From an uncultured bacterium (GTDB taxonomy: Bacteria; Abyssobacteria; SURF-5): a stretch of DNA of 13,932 bases. This document shows positions 1 through 7,311 of this stretch, piece by piece. The stretch's first letter is position 1; every line of letters starts with the position of its first letter. Made by a program: the position numbers and the translations under genes. Below the pieces are notes generated by a model that saw only the letters and a program-made list of their open reading frames with translations, did not search any database and had not been told where the DNA came from. Where the stretch lies: positions 1 through 13,932 of the forward strand of contig CAZEBC010000103.1 of the NCBI GenBank assembly GCA_964510165.1, written 5' to 3'.

Positions 1-1
1 G

Positions 2-1363
2 CCGGAGCACCGCAATCTCATTCTCATTTCCGTCGACGCGCTTCGTGCGGACCATCTTGGATGCTATGGCTACACCAGGGACACATCCCCTTTTCTCGAT
101 GCGTTGTCCAAAGATGGGGTCTTGTTTCAAGAGGCCATTGTGCAGTGGCCAAAGACCCAGGCGAGCATGGCCTCAATGCTCACCAGCACCTATTCCACAC
201 CGGAGAGAACCTTGCATGTTCTAACCTATGGTCTCCCCGATTCGCTGACGGTCGTGTCCGAGATATTGCGTCAAGAGGGTTTCCGCACAATGGCGGTTGT
301 GGCCAACTATAATGTGGGGAAGACCTTCGGATTCGACCAGGGCTTTGACGTCTTCCTGGAATCATGGATAGATGAGTTCGTCCGGAAGACGGGGACCGAT
401 GAGTTCAGAAACAGGCCGGGACTCGTGAAGGAATACACGAATGCGACGATAGTGACTAACCATGCTCTCAAGCTCATCGAGGCTTCACGACGAGAAAAGT
501 TCTTTCTGTGGCTGCACTATATGGAACCCCACGGCCCGTATGTCCCTCCCAAATCCTATGAGAAGTTCTTCGCGGATTGGTCTCCCGGCAAGCCCGTCCC
601 CGCAGTGCTTATCCCGACGTATCAGCGGCAATTCAAGCCGGACTCGGAGGAGCTTATCGTTGACCCTGAATACTACAAAGCCCAGTATGATCGGGAGATT
701 CGATATTGGGACGATCAACTGAAGCGGCTCGTTTCATATCTGAAAAGAAAAAGGCTGTACGAAAGAACCATCATCGTCATTACCGCGGACCACGGCGAAA
801 GCCTGGGCGATCACAACTATTTCTTTGAGCATGGGAGACTGCCCTATCAGCCATGTTCTCGTGTTCCGTTGATCATTGTGGCGCCGGAACTCAGGCGCAC
901 CTCAAATCATATCGTGGACGAGCCCGTCGGCTTGATCGACATGGTTCCCACGCTGATGGATTTGTTGGACATCTCAAATGTGCGCGGACTTCAAGGCACG
1001 AGCTTGCTGCCGTTGTTGTCTGGAAAAGAGAACCGGACAGAGAGGCCCATTTACACTATCGCGGGAGACCATCATCCGAATCACAGAATCATTCGGGTCG
1101 GCGATTGGAAACTCATACGCGCGGGAGCGGAAGAAGGGCTTCGGCTCATGACCGGCCGCGAATACGAGCTCTATAACATCAAGAATGATCCCGGAGAAAT
1201 GAACAACCTGGTAGACGAATTCCCGGACGTGGCGCAAAACCTGAGAGGCGCCCTCGAGAACTGGGACCCGCAGGAACCGGTTGCGCCGGCGGTGACCGGG
1301 GACCGTCTGAAGCACGACGAATTCGCGGTGGAAATGCTGAAGTCTCTCGGGTATCTGGACTGA
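2..1363 (+). CDS. Sulfatase-like hydrolase/transferase (alkaline phosphatase superfamily), 5'-truncated by the window
   Basis: The frame of ORF 104..1363 is open back to position 2 and reads PEHRNLILISVDALRADHLGCYGYTRDTSPFLDAL, a typical sulfatase N-terminus. Also has WLHYMEPHGPY, YDREIRYWD, IIVITADHGE, RVPLII, ELYNIKNDPGE and the C-terminal LKSLGY. The nucleophile region is WPKTQASMASMLT rather than (C/S)xPxR. Confidence 0.9.
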   Translation, partial: PEHRNLILISVDALRADHLGCYGYTRDTSPFLDALSKDGVLFQEAIVQWPKTQASMASMLTSTYSTPERTLHVLTYGLPDSLTVVSEILRQEGFRTMAVVANYNVGKTFGFDQGFDVFLESWIDEFVRKTGTDEFRNRPGLVKEYTNATIVTNHALKLIEASRREKFFLWLHYMEPHGPYVPPKSYEKFFADWSPGKPVPAVLIPTYQRQFKPDSEELIVDPEYYKAQYDREIRYWDDQLKRLVSYLKRKRLYERTIIVITADHGESLGDHNYFFEHGRLPYQPCSRVPLIIVAPELRRTSNHIVDEPVGLIDMVPTLMDLLDISNVRGLQGTSLLPLLSGKENRTERPIYTIAGDHHPNHRIIRVGDWKLIRAGAEEGLRLMTGREYELYNIKNDPGEMNNLVDEFPDVAQNLRGALENWDPQEPVAPAVTGDRLKHDEFAVEMLKSLGYLD

Positions 1364-1379
1364 AATGGGAAGAGACAGG

Positions 1380-1409
1380 TTGTCAGTCGGCGCAGTTATT
1401 TGGTAAACT
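1380..1409 (+). promoter_or_regulatory. Putative sigma70-type promoter for the FTR-ispE unit
   Basis: TTGTCA (1380-1385), 18-nt spacer, TAAACT (1404-1409) with an extended -10 TG, about 36 nt upstream of ATG 1446. Confidence 0.45.
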
Positions 1410-1445
1410 ATCTTTGAGATGTGAGTGTGAACCCGGATTTCCAAT

Positions 1446-1736
1446 ATGAATATGGATGACGAAAAAGACCTCACGCAATCGAAGGAAAGGCTCCGCAAAG
1501 GCTCCGAGAAATACGCACAGCGCGCGGGCTATAAGTTGAGCCCGGACGCGCAGGTGGTCGAGACCATCATCACCGGACTCGCGAAAAACAAGGCCAAGTA
1601 CGGCAGAGCGTATTGCCCGTGCTTTTTCGTCTCGGGCGACCCCGTGGAGGACCGAAAACTGATCTGTCCGTGCGAATATCATCGCGAGGACATCGAGAAG
1701 CATGGAAAATGTCACTGCGGGCTGTTTGTGAAGTGA
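1446..1736 (+). CDS. Ferredoxin:thioredoxin reductase catalytic (beta)-type subunit
   Basis: 96 aa with the diagnostic CPC...CPC...CHC pattern (YCPC, ICPC, KCHCGLF) and GLAKNKAKYG. The start could alternatively be ATG 1452. Confidence 0.93.
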   Translation: MNMDDEKDLTQSKERLRKGSEKYAQRAGYKLSPDAQVVETIITGLAKNKAKYGRAYCPCFFVSGDPVEDRKLICPCEYHREDIEKHGKCHCGLFVK

Positions 1737-1774
1737 TGTGACGCCAGCCTCCATCCCAAAACGACATCACGCGC

Positions 1775-2695
1775 GTGCCAACACGAGCCTCCATAAAATC
1801 CTTCGCCAAAATCAACCTCTATCTGGACGTCATCTGCAAGAGGCCGGACGGCTATCACAACATCGAAACCGTATTCCAGTCCGTCAGCTTGCACGATGAG
1901 ATCGAGATGGAACTCACGCCGCAGGAAATCGAATTGCGCTGCGACCATCCGGACGTTCCAACCGACAATTCCAACCTTGCGCTCAGAGCGTTCCTCAGCC
2001 TGAAAGATGCAGTCGGCTATCCGGGCGGCATCCGCATCATTCTCAGAAAGAATATCCCGCCCGGCTCGGGACTGGGCGGGGGCAGTTCCAATGCGGCGGC
2101 GATACTGGTCACCGTCAGCAGACTGCTGGGCTCCAGATTGCCGGAACGACAATTGCGAGACATCGCTCGCTCCATCGGCGCCGACGTTCCGTTCTTCCTT
2201 TCGGGCGGACTCGCAGCCGCATGGCAGATTGGAGACCGGCTGGTCAGGCTGCCTCCCCTCGCTCAGAATCAGCTGGTGATCGCGATTCCAAACGGCGTCT
2301 CCGTATCGACCGCCTCGGCGTACGCGTTGCTGAATGCGCCGAAGTGCGGCGCTCCCTCGCCCGAGACCCTGCCGCAATGCACCGAGAGATTCAATCAGTG
2401 CATAATCTCGCTGTCGGCGTCCCCCGAATCGCCTTTGAGCGAAGCTGTCGGACCGTTCCTTCACAACGCGCTCGAGACACCAGTCGCCTCGCTCCACCCT
2501 GAAATCGGCGAATTGAAAATCCTCTTGATGAAGGCGGGCGCCAAAGGCGCGCTGATGAGCGGCTCGGGCAGCGCGGTCTTCGGAATCGCCGACTCCGCCG
2601 AGCACGCCATTCGCATCAAGAAGAAGGTCGAGGCATACGCTCAATGCCGCTGTTTTGCCGCGCATACCGTCGAGTACGGCTCAGAGATTGTCTGA
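1775..2695 (+). CDS. ispE: 4-diphosphocytidyl-2-C-methyl-D-erythritol kinase
   Basis: AKINLYL, RPDGYHNIETVFQSV, GHMP ATP loop PPGSGLGGGSSNAA, IGADVPFF, MSGSGSAVFG. GTG start. Confidence 0.96.
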   Translation: MPTRASIKSFAKINLYLDVICKRPDGYHNIETVFQSVSLHDEIEMELTPQEIELRCDHPDVPTDNSNLALRAFLSLKDAVGYPGGIRIILRKNIPPGSGLGGGSSNAAAILVTVSRLLGSRLPERQLRDIARSIGADVPFFLSGGLAAAWQIGDRLVRLPPLAQNQLVIAIPNGVSVSTASAYALLNAPKCGAPSPETLPQCTERFNQCIISLSASPESPLSEAVGPFLHNALETPVASLHPEIGELKILLMKAGAKGALMSGSGSAVFGIADSAEHAIRIKKKVEAYAQCRCFAAHTVEYGSEIV

Positions 2696-2705
2696 AACTG
2701 AGCGG

Positions 2706-2823
2706 GAACTGCACCTTCGCGACATCAAAACCACCAATAGGCATGGACATTCTCCGCTGCAAAAACCCTGAGATAATCAACAAAAAACTGTGGATCCAGG
2801 TCGTTGCCGACAACCTGGTCCGG
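2706..2823 (+). pseudogene. Decayed IS4-family DDE transposase fragment with a +1 frameshift
   Basis: 2706-2735 reads ELHLRDIKTT. After one extra A (~2736), 2737-2823 reads IGMDILRCKNPEIINKKLWIQVVADNLVR. The joined peptide has the E-x6-K half of the IS4 YREK motif and matches my recollection of the IS4 segment MGMDILRCKTPEMVxKELWxHLxAYNLIR. Confidence 0.72.
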
Positions 2824-2832
2824 GTGGCCCCG

Positions 2833-3990
2833 CTAGAGCCGGAGGATGCGCGCGAGAGGGCCGGTTCCGATGCGGATTGCGCCCTGCGGGCACATTTCCT
2901 GGCAGCAGAAGCAGCGGATGCATTTCTTGAGGTTGAACTGCACGATGTCGTTTTTAGGCTCGATGACCTGGGCGGGGCAGTTCTTCATGCAGATGAGACA
3001 GCCTTCGCATTTCTTCTTGTTGAGGACGGGCCGCGTGGTGAGCCAGTCGCGCAGCGGCTCGCGGAGCACGCCCGGGAACAGGTTCATGACGTCGATGACT
3101 TTCGGGAACTCGAAGCCGGCGACTCTTGAGCCGTCTATGCTCTCGCCGGCGACGGATATGTGACTGAGGCGTGTCTCGCCGACACCCATCTCCTCGGCGG
3201 CCAGGGCGGTGAGCATGCGCTCGCGTTTGAGGCCGACGACCTCGCAGGCGACTGCGTCGAGCGCGACGGAATCGCTGGAGGCCATAATGAGGCCGATGCG
3301 CTTGAGGTCTCCGTTCTGCGGACCGTTGCCGTGCATGCCGATGACGGCGTCCATGACGGTGAGCGCGGGCGCGACTTTGCGGTGAAGATCGACGAGCATG
3401 CGTGCGAAGTGCATGCGGTCGGTTCCGGCGGCGAGGTGCCACTGCGATTTGCGGGTGCCGGGGATGACGCCGAAGGTGTTCTTGACGCCCAAGGTGAGCG
3501 TCATCTGGCCGTGAGTCTTCAGTTTGGGAAGATTGATGACGACATCGGCCTCGACGACCGCGCGGTCAATCTTGTATTTCTTGAACATGACGCCGTCGGG
3601 GTTGTCCACGTCTTCGGGCCGGTTGAAGTTGACGATTTCGGCCTTTTCTTCGAGCGCCACGTCGGCGATGCCGCACTTGGAGGCGACGCGTTCGGCGCTT
3701 CCGAGCGCCGGGCTGTCGCCGATGAGGGGCTTGCCGCCTGCCTTCTTGACGAGCCTGACGACGGCGCGCACGACGTCGGGATGCGTAGTGACGTGCTTGT
3801 CGGCAGCGCGTGAGATGAGCAGGTTTGGCTTGAGCAGCACCTTGTTGCCACGCTTCACGAAACGGCTCATGCCGCCGAGTTCGTCAATCGCCTTGTCAAC
3901 GGCCTTGAACACTTTGTCGGGGTCGTAACTGCCACAGTGTTCCAGCGCGACGCGCGCGCTGCCATTGGAATCATGCTTGTTTCGCTTCAT
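2833..3990 (-). CDS. DUF362-domain protein with a C-terminal 2x[4Fe-4S] ferredoxin domain
   Basis: DUF362-type motifs VLLKPNL, TTHPDVV, GDSP, INLPKLKTH, GVKNTFG, GNGP, D.VALD. Two CxxCxxCxxxCP motifs (CEGCLICMKNCP, CIRCFCCQEMCP). GGGAG upstream of the ATG. Confidence 0.92.
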   Translation of the reverse strand: MKRNKHDSNGSARVALEHCGSYDPDKVFKAVDKAIDELGGMSRFVKRGNKVLLKPNLLISRAADKHVTTHPDVVRAVVRLVKKAGGKPLIGDSPALGSAERVASKCGIADVALEEKAEIVNFNRPEDVDNPDGVMFKKYKIDRAVVEADVVINLPKLKTHGQMTLTLGVKNTFGVIPGTRKSQWHLAAGTDRMHFARMLVDLHRKVAPALTVMDAVIGMHGNGPQNGDLKRIGLIMASSDSVALDAVACEVVGLKRERMLTALAAEEMGVGETRLSHISVAGESIDGSRVAGFEFPKVIDVMNLFPGVLREPLRDWLTTRPVLNKKKCEGCLICMKNCPAQVIEPKNDIVQFNLKKCIRCFCCQEMCPQGAIRIGTGPLARILRL

Positions 3991-4029
3991 GTATCACTGT
4001 CTCCCAAACTTTCGAGTCTCTGGTTAAAG

Positions 4030-4088
4030 CTCTCTCACCCTGCCGCCTCCCAGAGGGAGAGGGTGGGTCTGCTCTCCCTGAGGGAGAG
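4030..4088. repeat. REP-like tandem GC-rich hairpin element
   Basis: Nested stem CACCCT (4036-4041)/AGGGTG (4060-4065) encloses CTCCC-AGA-GGGAG (4047-4059). A second copy CTCTCCC-TGA-GGGAGAG follows at 4072-4088. Confidence 0.6.
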
Positions 4089-4266
4089 AACTGCGGCGAA
4101 GAACAAGAGTGAAGAAAGCGTGGACAATCTTGTTCGCCTTGTCTCTGGCTGGTTCGGCTCACGAGTACGTTTTTCCGCACTTTCTCGCGCTTTCCGATGT
4201 CGCTTTGGCCCATAAGCGGAAAAGCACGCCTGCGATTCCGACAAGGAGCGCGCTCGCCAAACCATA

Positions 4267-4279
4267 CAACCACTTGATA
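4267..4279 (-). promoter_or_regulatory. IHF-consensus site
   Basis: The minus strand reads TATCAAGTGGTTG, an exact match to WATCAANNNNTTR, in the divergent intergenic region. Confidence 0.4.
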
Positions 4280-4323
4280 CGCCATCACTTCCGCAACGCC
4301 CGCGGGCGTTGGCGTGACAATTC

Positions 4324-4332
4324 ATTATAGCA
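4324..4332 (-). promoter_or_regulatory. Extended -10 promoter (TGCTATAAT) pointing toward the DUF362 gene
   Basis: Perfect TGnTATAAT on the minus strand with a weak -35. Implies a transcription start near 4317. Confidence 0.5.
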
Positions 4333-4407
4333 TTTCTGTTGGCGGGGCGAAAGTGTAGCGTAACCGGCGACAGGCCGCGCGTACAAATTTGTTCGAAGGG
4401 AAGTTCT

Positions 4408-4423
4408 TGGCACGGAAATTTCT
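4408..4423 (+). promoter_or_regulatory. Sigma54-like -24/-12 promoter upstream of the HDOD-kinase genes
   Basis: TGGCACG-GAAA-TTTCT against the consensus TGGCACG-N4-TTGCW. The -24 element and spacing are perfect, but the conserved -13 G is T. Confidence 0.4.
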
Positions 4424-4492
4424 TCCCTTGGGGGCGGTTTAGTGCGCGCGGGGGAAGAACGTTTCGATTCAGGTTGGGTGGAACGGCGGACC

Positions 4493-5329
4493 ATGGATGT
4501 GATGATCGAGAAATTCAAGACGAAATTGGTGGAGATACAGGAAATCTCCACGCTCCCGCAGGTGATGGCGCGGATATTGGACATCATCACGAATGAAAAC
4601 TCGTCGGCGGCGGACCTCGCGGATGAGATAGTGAAGGACAAGTCGCTGACGGCAAAGATACTGAAGATGGTGAATTCGGCGTATTATGGTTTCTACCGCG
4701 AGATAGTGAAGGTGTCGGACGCGGTGGTGGTGCTGGGGTTCAACGAGATTCGGCGGCTGTCGCTGGCGATCTCGGTGCTCGACATGTTCAGCGGGGGCGA
4801 CCGCGCCGGGCATCGGACGAGGCTGTGGAACCACTCGCTCATATGCGCCGCGATGAGCGACATCATGGACAAGGAGTGGCGCATAAACGACAAGAGTTCG
4901 TTCACGGCGGGATTGCTGCACGACATCGGCAAAGCCGTGCTTGACCAGTATTTTCCCAAGATGTTCTCCGCAGTGCTTGAGTGCATGGAGACGAAAGGGC
5001 TGAGGGCGAACGAGGCAGAAACCCTGCTTTTCGGATTCGATCACGCGGACATCGGTTACTGGCTGTCGGAGCGATGGAACCTGCCGGTGAGCCTGAGCGA
5101 GGCCATCCGCTGCCATCATCGGCCCGAGGCGGCGGAAACGGTACCCAAGCTGGCGAGGCTTGTGAACATCGCGGACCATTTCGCGAATGAGTTCACGCGG
5201 CTGAAGACGGGTGGATTGCCATTTGCCGAGATTGCATTGAAGGACGGCATATCGCCAGAGGAGAGCGTCGATCTCCTTTTCAAACTGGACAAGCGGATGA
5301 GGGGATCCGCTGTCGCCAATACCATATGA
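4493..5329 (+). CDS. HDOD-domain signal transduction protein
   Basis: LPQV...DKSLTAKILKMVNSAYYG...AVVVLG, LWNHS, FTAGLLHDIGK, FGFDHADIGYWLSERWNLP, AIRCHH, VNIAD. Start placed at ATG 4493 (or 4502) rather than GTG 4442. Confidence 0.92.
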   Translation: MDVMIEKFKTKLVEIQEISTLPQVMARILDIITNENSSAADLADEIVKDKSLTAKILKMVNSAYYGFYREIVKVSDAVVVLGFNEIRRLSLAISVLDMFSGGDRAGHRTRLWNHSLICAAMSDIMDKEWRINDKSSFTAGLLHDIGKAVLDQYFPKMFSAVLECMETKGLRANEAETLLFGFDHADIGYWLSERWNLPVSLSEAIRCHHRPEAAETVPKLARLVNIADHFANEFTRLKTGGLPFAEIALKDGISPEESVDLLFKLDKRMRGSAVANTI

Positions 5330-5354
5330 GGATACCTGTCGGAGGCTTTGTAAC

Positions 5355-7157
5355 ATGAGGCGCGAACTCGCGAGAGCGAATGACAGCGTCAGGGCGGCGC
5401 TGAAACTGCTGGAGCAGCGGGACGGCGCAGACACTTCGGACGGCGACCCCGGCGAGGTCCTGCTTCGCAAGATCACCTCGTTGCTCGAGGACCGCCGCCG
5501 GCTGGCCGACCGCATCGGGCGGCTCGAGAAAGAGCTTGGCGTGTTCAGGGAGGCCAATGCCGAAACGAGCCGGTTGCTCGAAAGGAAGATCGAAGAAATC
5601 TCGCTGCTGCGTCTGGTCACCGACGCGACAAGTCAGGCCATCTTGTCGCAGGACCCGTTCAAACCCATACTGGGCAAGCTCATGGAGTTGTTCGGGGCCG
5701 ATAACGGCAGCATCATCCTGCTGAATCCGGAGAGCGGGGCGTTCGAGGTTCGCGTGACGAGCGGCGACCCGGAGTCGGAGCAACCGCTGCCCGAGATGAT
5801 AGAGAAGGTCGCGCGTGACGTGGTTTCCTCGGGGACGCCATGCCTCATCTGCGACACCCAGGCGGAGACCCGTTTCCGGCCCGGGTGTGGAGACGCTCTC
5901 GGTATTTGCTCGTTGGTAGCGTTCCCGCTGATATTGGAGGAGACGACGGTCGGCATTCTGGTGGTCAACAGCGCGGTCCCGAGGACGTTTACCGCCGAGA
6001 CCGAGCGGGTGCTGCATATCATCGCGGGGCAAATCGCGATCGCGGTCCAGAACGCAAGGCTGTATGCGGAGATCAGGAAAACCAAGGAATACCTGGAGAA
6101 CCTTGTGGAGAGGGCGGGTGACGCCATATTCACGCTGGACCGCTCACATCTGATCGTCTCGTGGAACCATGGCGCGGAGGTCATTTTCAAGAGGAACAAA
6201 CAGGAGGCGATCGCGGCTTCGTTCTACGATTTCGTGCCGGAGCGGCTGGCGGCATCATTAAGAACGCAAGTAGGCGACGTCCTGACGTCGGGCAGCATCG
6301 CCACCATTGAGACCGATGCCGTTCGCGGAGACGGTCAGACGACGCAGATCGCGCTGACGCTCTCGCCCATCCGCAGCGCCGAAGGCGAGATAGTCGGCGT
6401 TTCAGGAATCGCGAAGGACATCACCGAGCGCAAGCGCGTCGAGGAGGAACTGCGCCGGCTGAATGAGGCCAAGAGCAGTTTTGTCTCGACCGTGTCGCAC
6501 GAACTTCGGACGCCGCTCACCTCGATAAAGAGCCTCACCGGAATATTGCTGCTCGAGAAAGATTCGCTCTCCGACACGACCGTGGAAAAATACCTGAACA
6601 TTATTAATGACGAGTGCGACCGGCTGTCGGGTCTGATCACGAGCCTGCTCGACCTGCAGAAGATGGGCGCGGCCAAGATGAAGATGAAGCTGGAGCCGCT
6701 GAGGCTCGCCGAGATCGTGAGGCAGGCTGCCGACCTATTCGAAGGTGTTGCCCTGCCAAACCGGGTCGCCCTCTCCACCGAAATACTTGTGCCCGACAAC
6801 ATGACGTGCGTCATGGGAGACCGGAAGCGGTTGATGCAGGTGTTGTCGAATCTGCTGTCGAACGCCATCAAGTACACCAATGCGGGCGGACACGTTCGAA
6901 TCGGCCTGACTCGCGAAGGGGACAAGATCAGGGTGGTGGTGAGCGACGACGGCATTGGCATTCCCGCCGAGGAAAAGGAAAAGATATTCGAGAAGTTCTA
7001 TCGGGTGGACAACGAGATCACCCGCGCCAAGGGTGGGACAGGCCTCGGGCTGGCCATCACGAAGGAACTCGTCAATCTGCATGGCGGCAGCATCTGGGTG
7101 GAGAGCGAGGTGGGAAAAGGAAGCAGTTTTCATATTGTGCTGCCGACATCGGATTGA
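5355..7157 (+). CDS. Cytoplasmic sensor histidine kinase (coiled coil-GAF-PAS-HisKA-HATPase_c)
   Basis: GGAGG RBS at 5341-5345. GAF (SLVAFPL...VGILVV...IAIAVQNARLY), PAS/PAC (DAIFTLD...SWNHGAE...DITERK), H-box SHELRTPLTSI, N-box NLLSNAIKY, G1 DDGIGI, F KIFEKFYR, G2 GTGLGLAI. No transmembrane segment or receiver domain seen. Confidence 0.96.
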   Translation: MRRELARANDSVRAALKLLEQRDGADTSDGDPGEVLLRKITSLLEDRRRLADRIGRLEKELGVFREANAETSRLLERKIEEISLLRLVTDATSQAILSQDPFKPILGKLMELFGADNGSIILLNPESGAFEVRVTSGDPESEQPLPEMIEKVARDVVSSGTPCLICDTQAETRFRPGCGDALGICSLVAFPLILEETTVGILVVNSAVPRTFTAETERVLHIIAGQIAIAVQNARLYAEIRKTKEYLENLVERAGDAIFTLDRSHLIVSWNHGAEVIFKRNKQEAIAASFYDFVPERLAASLRTQVGDVLTSGSIATIETDAVRGDGQTTQIALTLSPIRSAEGEIVGVSGIAKDITERKRVEEELRRLNEAKSSFVSTVSHELRTPLTSIKSLTGILLLEKDSLSDTTVEKYLNIINDECDRLSGLITSLLDLQKMGAAKMKMKLEPLRLAEIVRQAADLFEGVALPNRVALSTEILVPDNMTCVMGDRKRLMQVLSNLLSNAIKYTNAGGHVRIGLTREGDKIRVVVSDDGIGIPAEEKEKIFEKFYRVDNEITRAKGGTGLGLAITKELVNLHGGSIWVESEVGKGSSFHIVLPTSD

Positions 7158-7175
7158 GAGAAAGCGAACGCCGAA

Positions 7176-7206
7176 TTGGGGATACCATGCGGCATGGTTT
7201 CCCCAA
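7176..7206. repeat. Near-perfect 31-nt inverted repeat (terminator-like or REP-like hairpin)
   Basis: TTGGGGATACCATGC-G-GCATGGTTTCCCCAA: 15-nt arms with one T/T mismatch, 18 nt after the kinase stop codon. No strong U-tract follows. Confidence 0.7.
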
Positions 7207-7228
7207 CTTAACTGCCTCTCTGGTTTGA

Positions 7229-7257
7229 TTGACAAAGCCCATCTGACGTGATAGCAT
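7229..7257 (+). promoter_or_regulatory. Sigma70-type promoter for the clpX-like gene
   Basis: TTGACA (7229-7234), 17-nt spacer, TAGCAT (7252-7257) with an extended -10 TG. Confidence 0.7.
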
Positions 7258-7311
7258 TCTTCTTGTGGTGCGTGGTTTGTCATCCCAAAGCAGCAACAGG
7301 GGGGAAGCAGC

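Noticed and set aside
1734..1775. Selenocysteine read-through of the TGA ending the FTR-type gene (also considered for TGA 11261-11263)
   Set aside because: Both proteins are complete at the TGA with all expected Cys present, no SECIS-like hairpin is evident, and the next gene starts shortly after.
2644..3129. 161-aa plus-strand ORF as an intact gene
   Set aside because: Only 2737-2823 is meaningful (the transposase remnant). The rest overlaps the end of ispE or is antisense to the DUF362 gene.
4109..4330. 73-aa ORF with a signal-peptide-like start (MKKAWTILFALSLAGSA)
   Set aside because: GTG start without a convincing RBS, no recognisable mature domain, and it runs across the predicted regulatory motifs. 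Not excluded, but unsupported.
4625..4712. 13-bp direct repeat GAGATAGTGAAGG (4625-4637 and 4700-4712)
   Set aside because: Only two copies, both in frame encoding EIVK inside the HDOD domain. It is not a CRISPR or att-like structure.
4469..5620. 383-aa minus-strand ORF, and similar long antisense ORFs at 1712..2665, 5280..6032, 7072..7734 and 12008..12946
   Set aside because: They lie opposite well-supported genes and have no recognisable motifs, as expected for shadow ORFs in GC-rich DNA.
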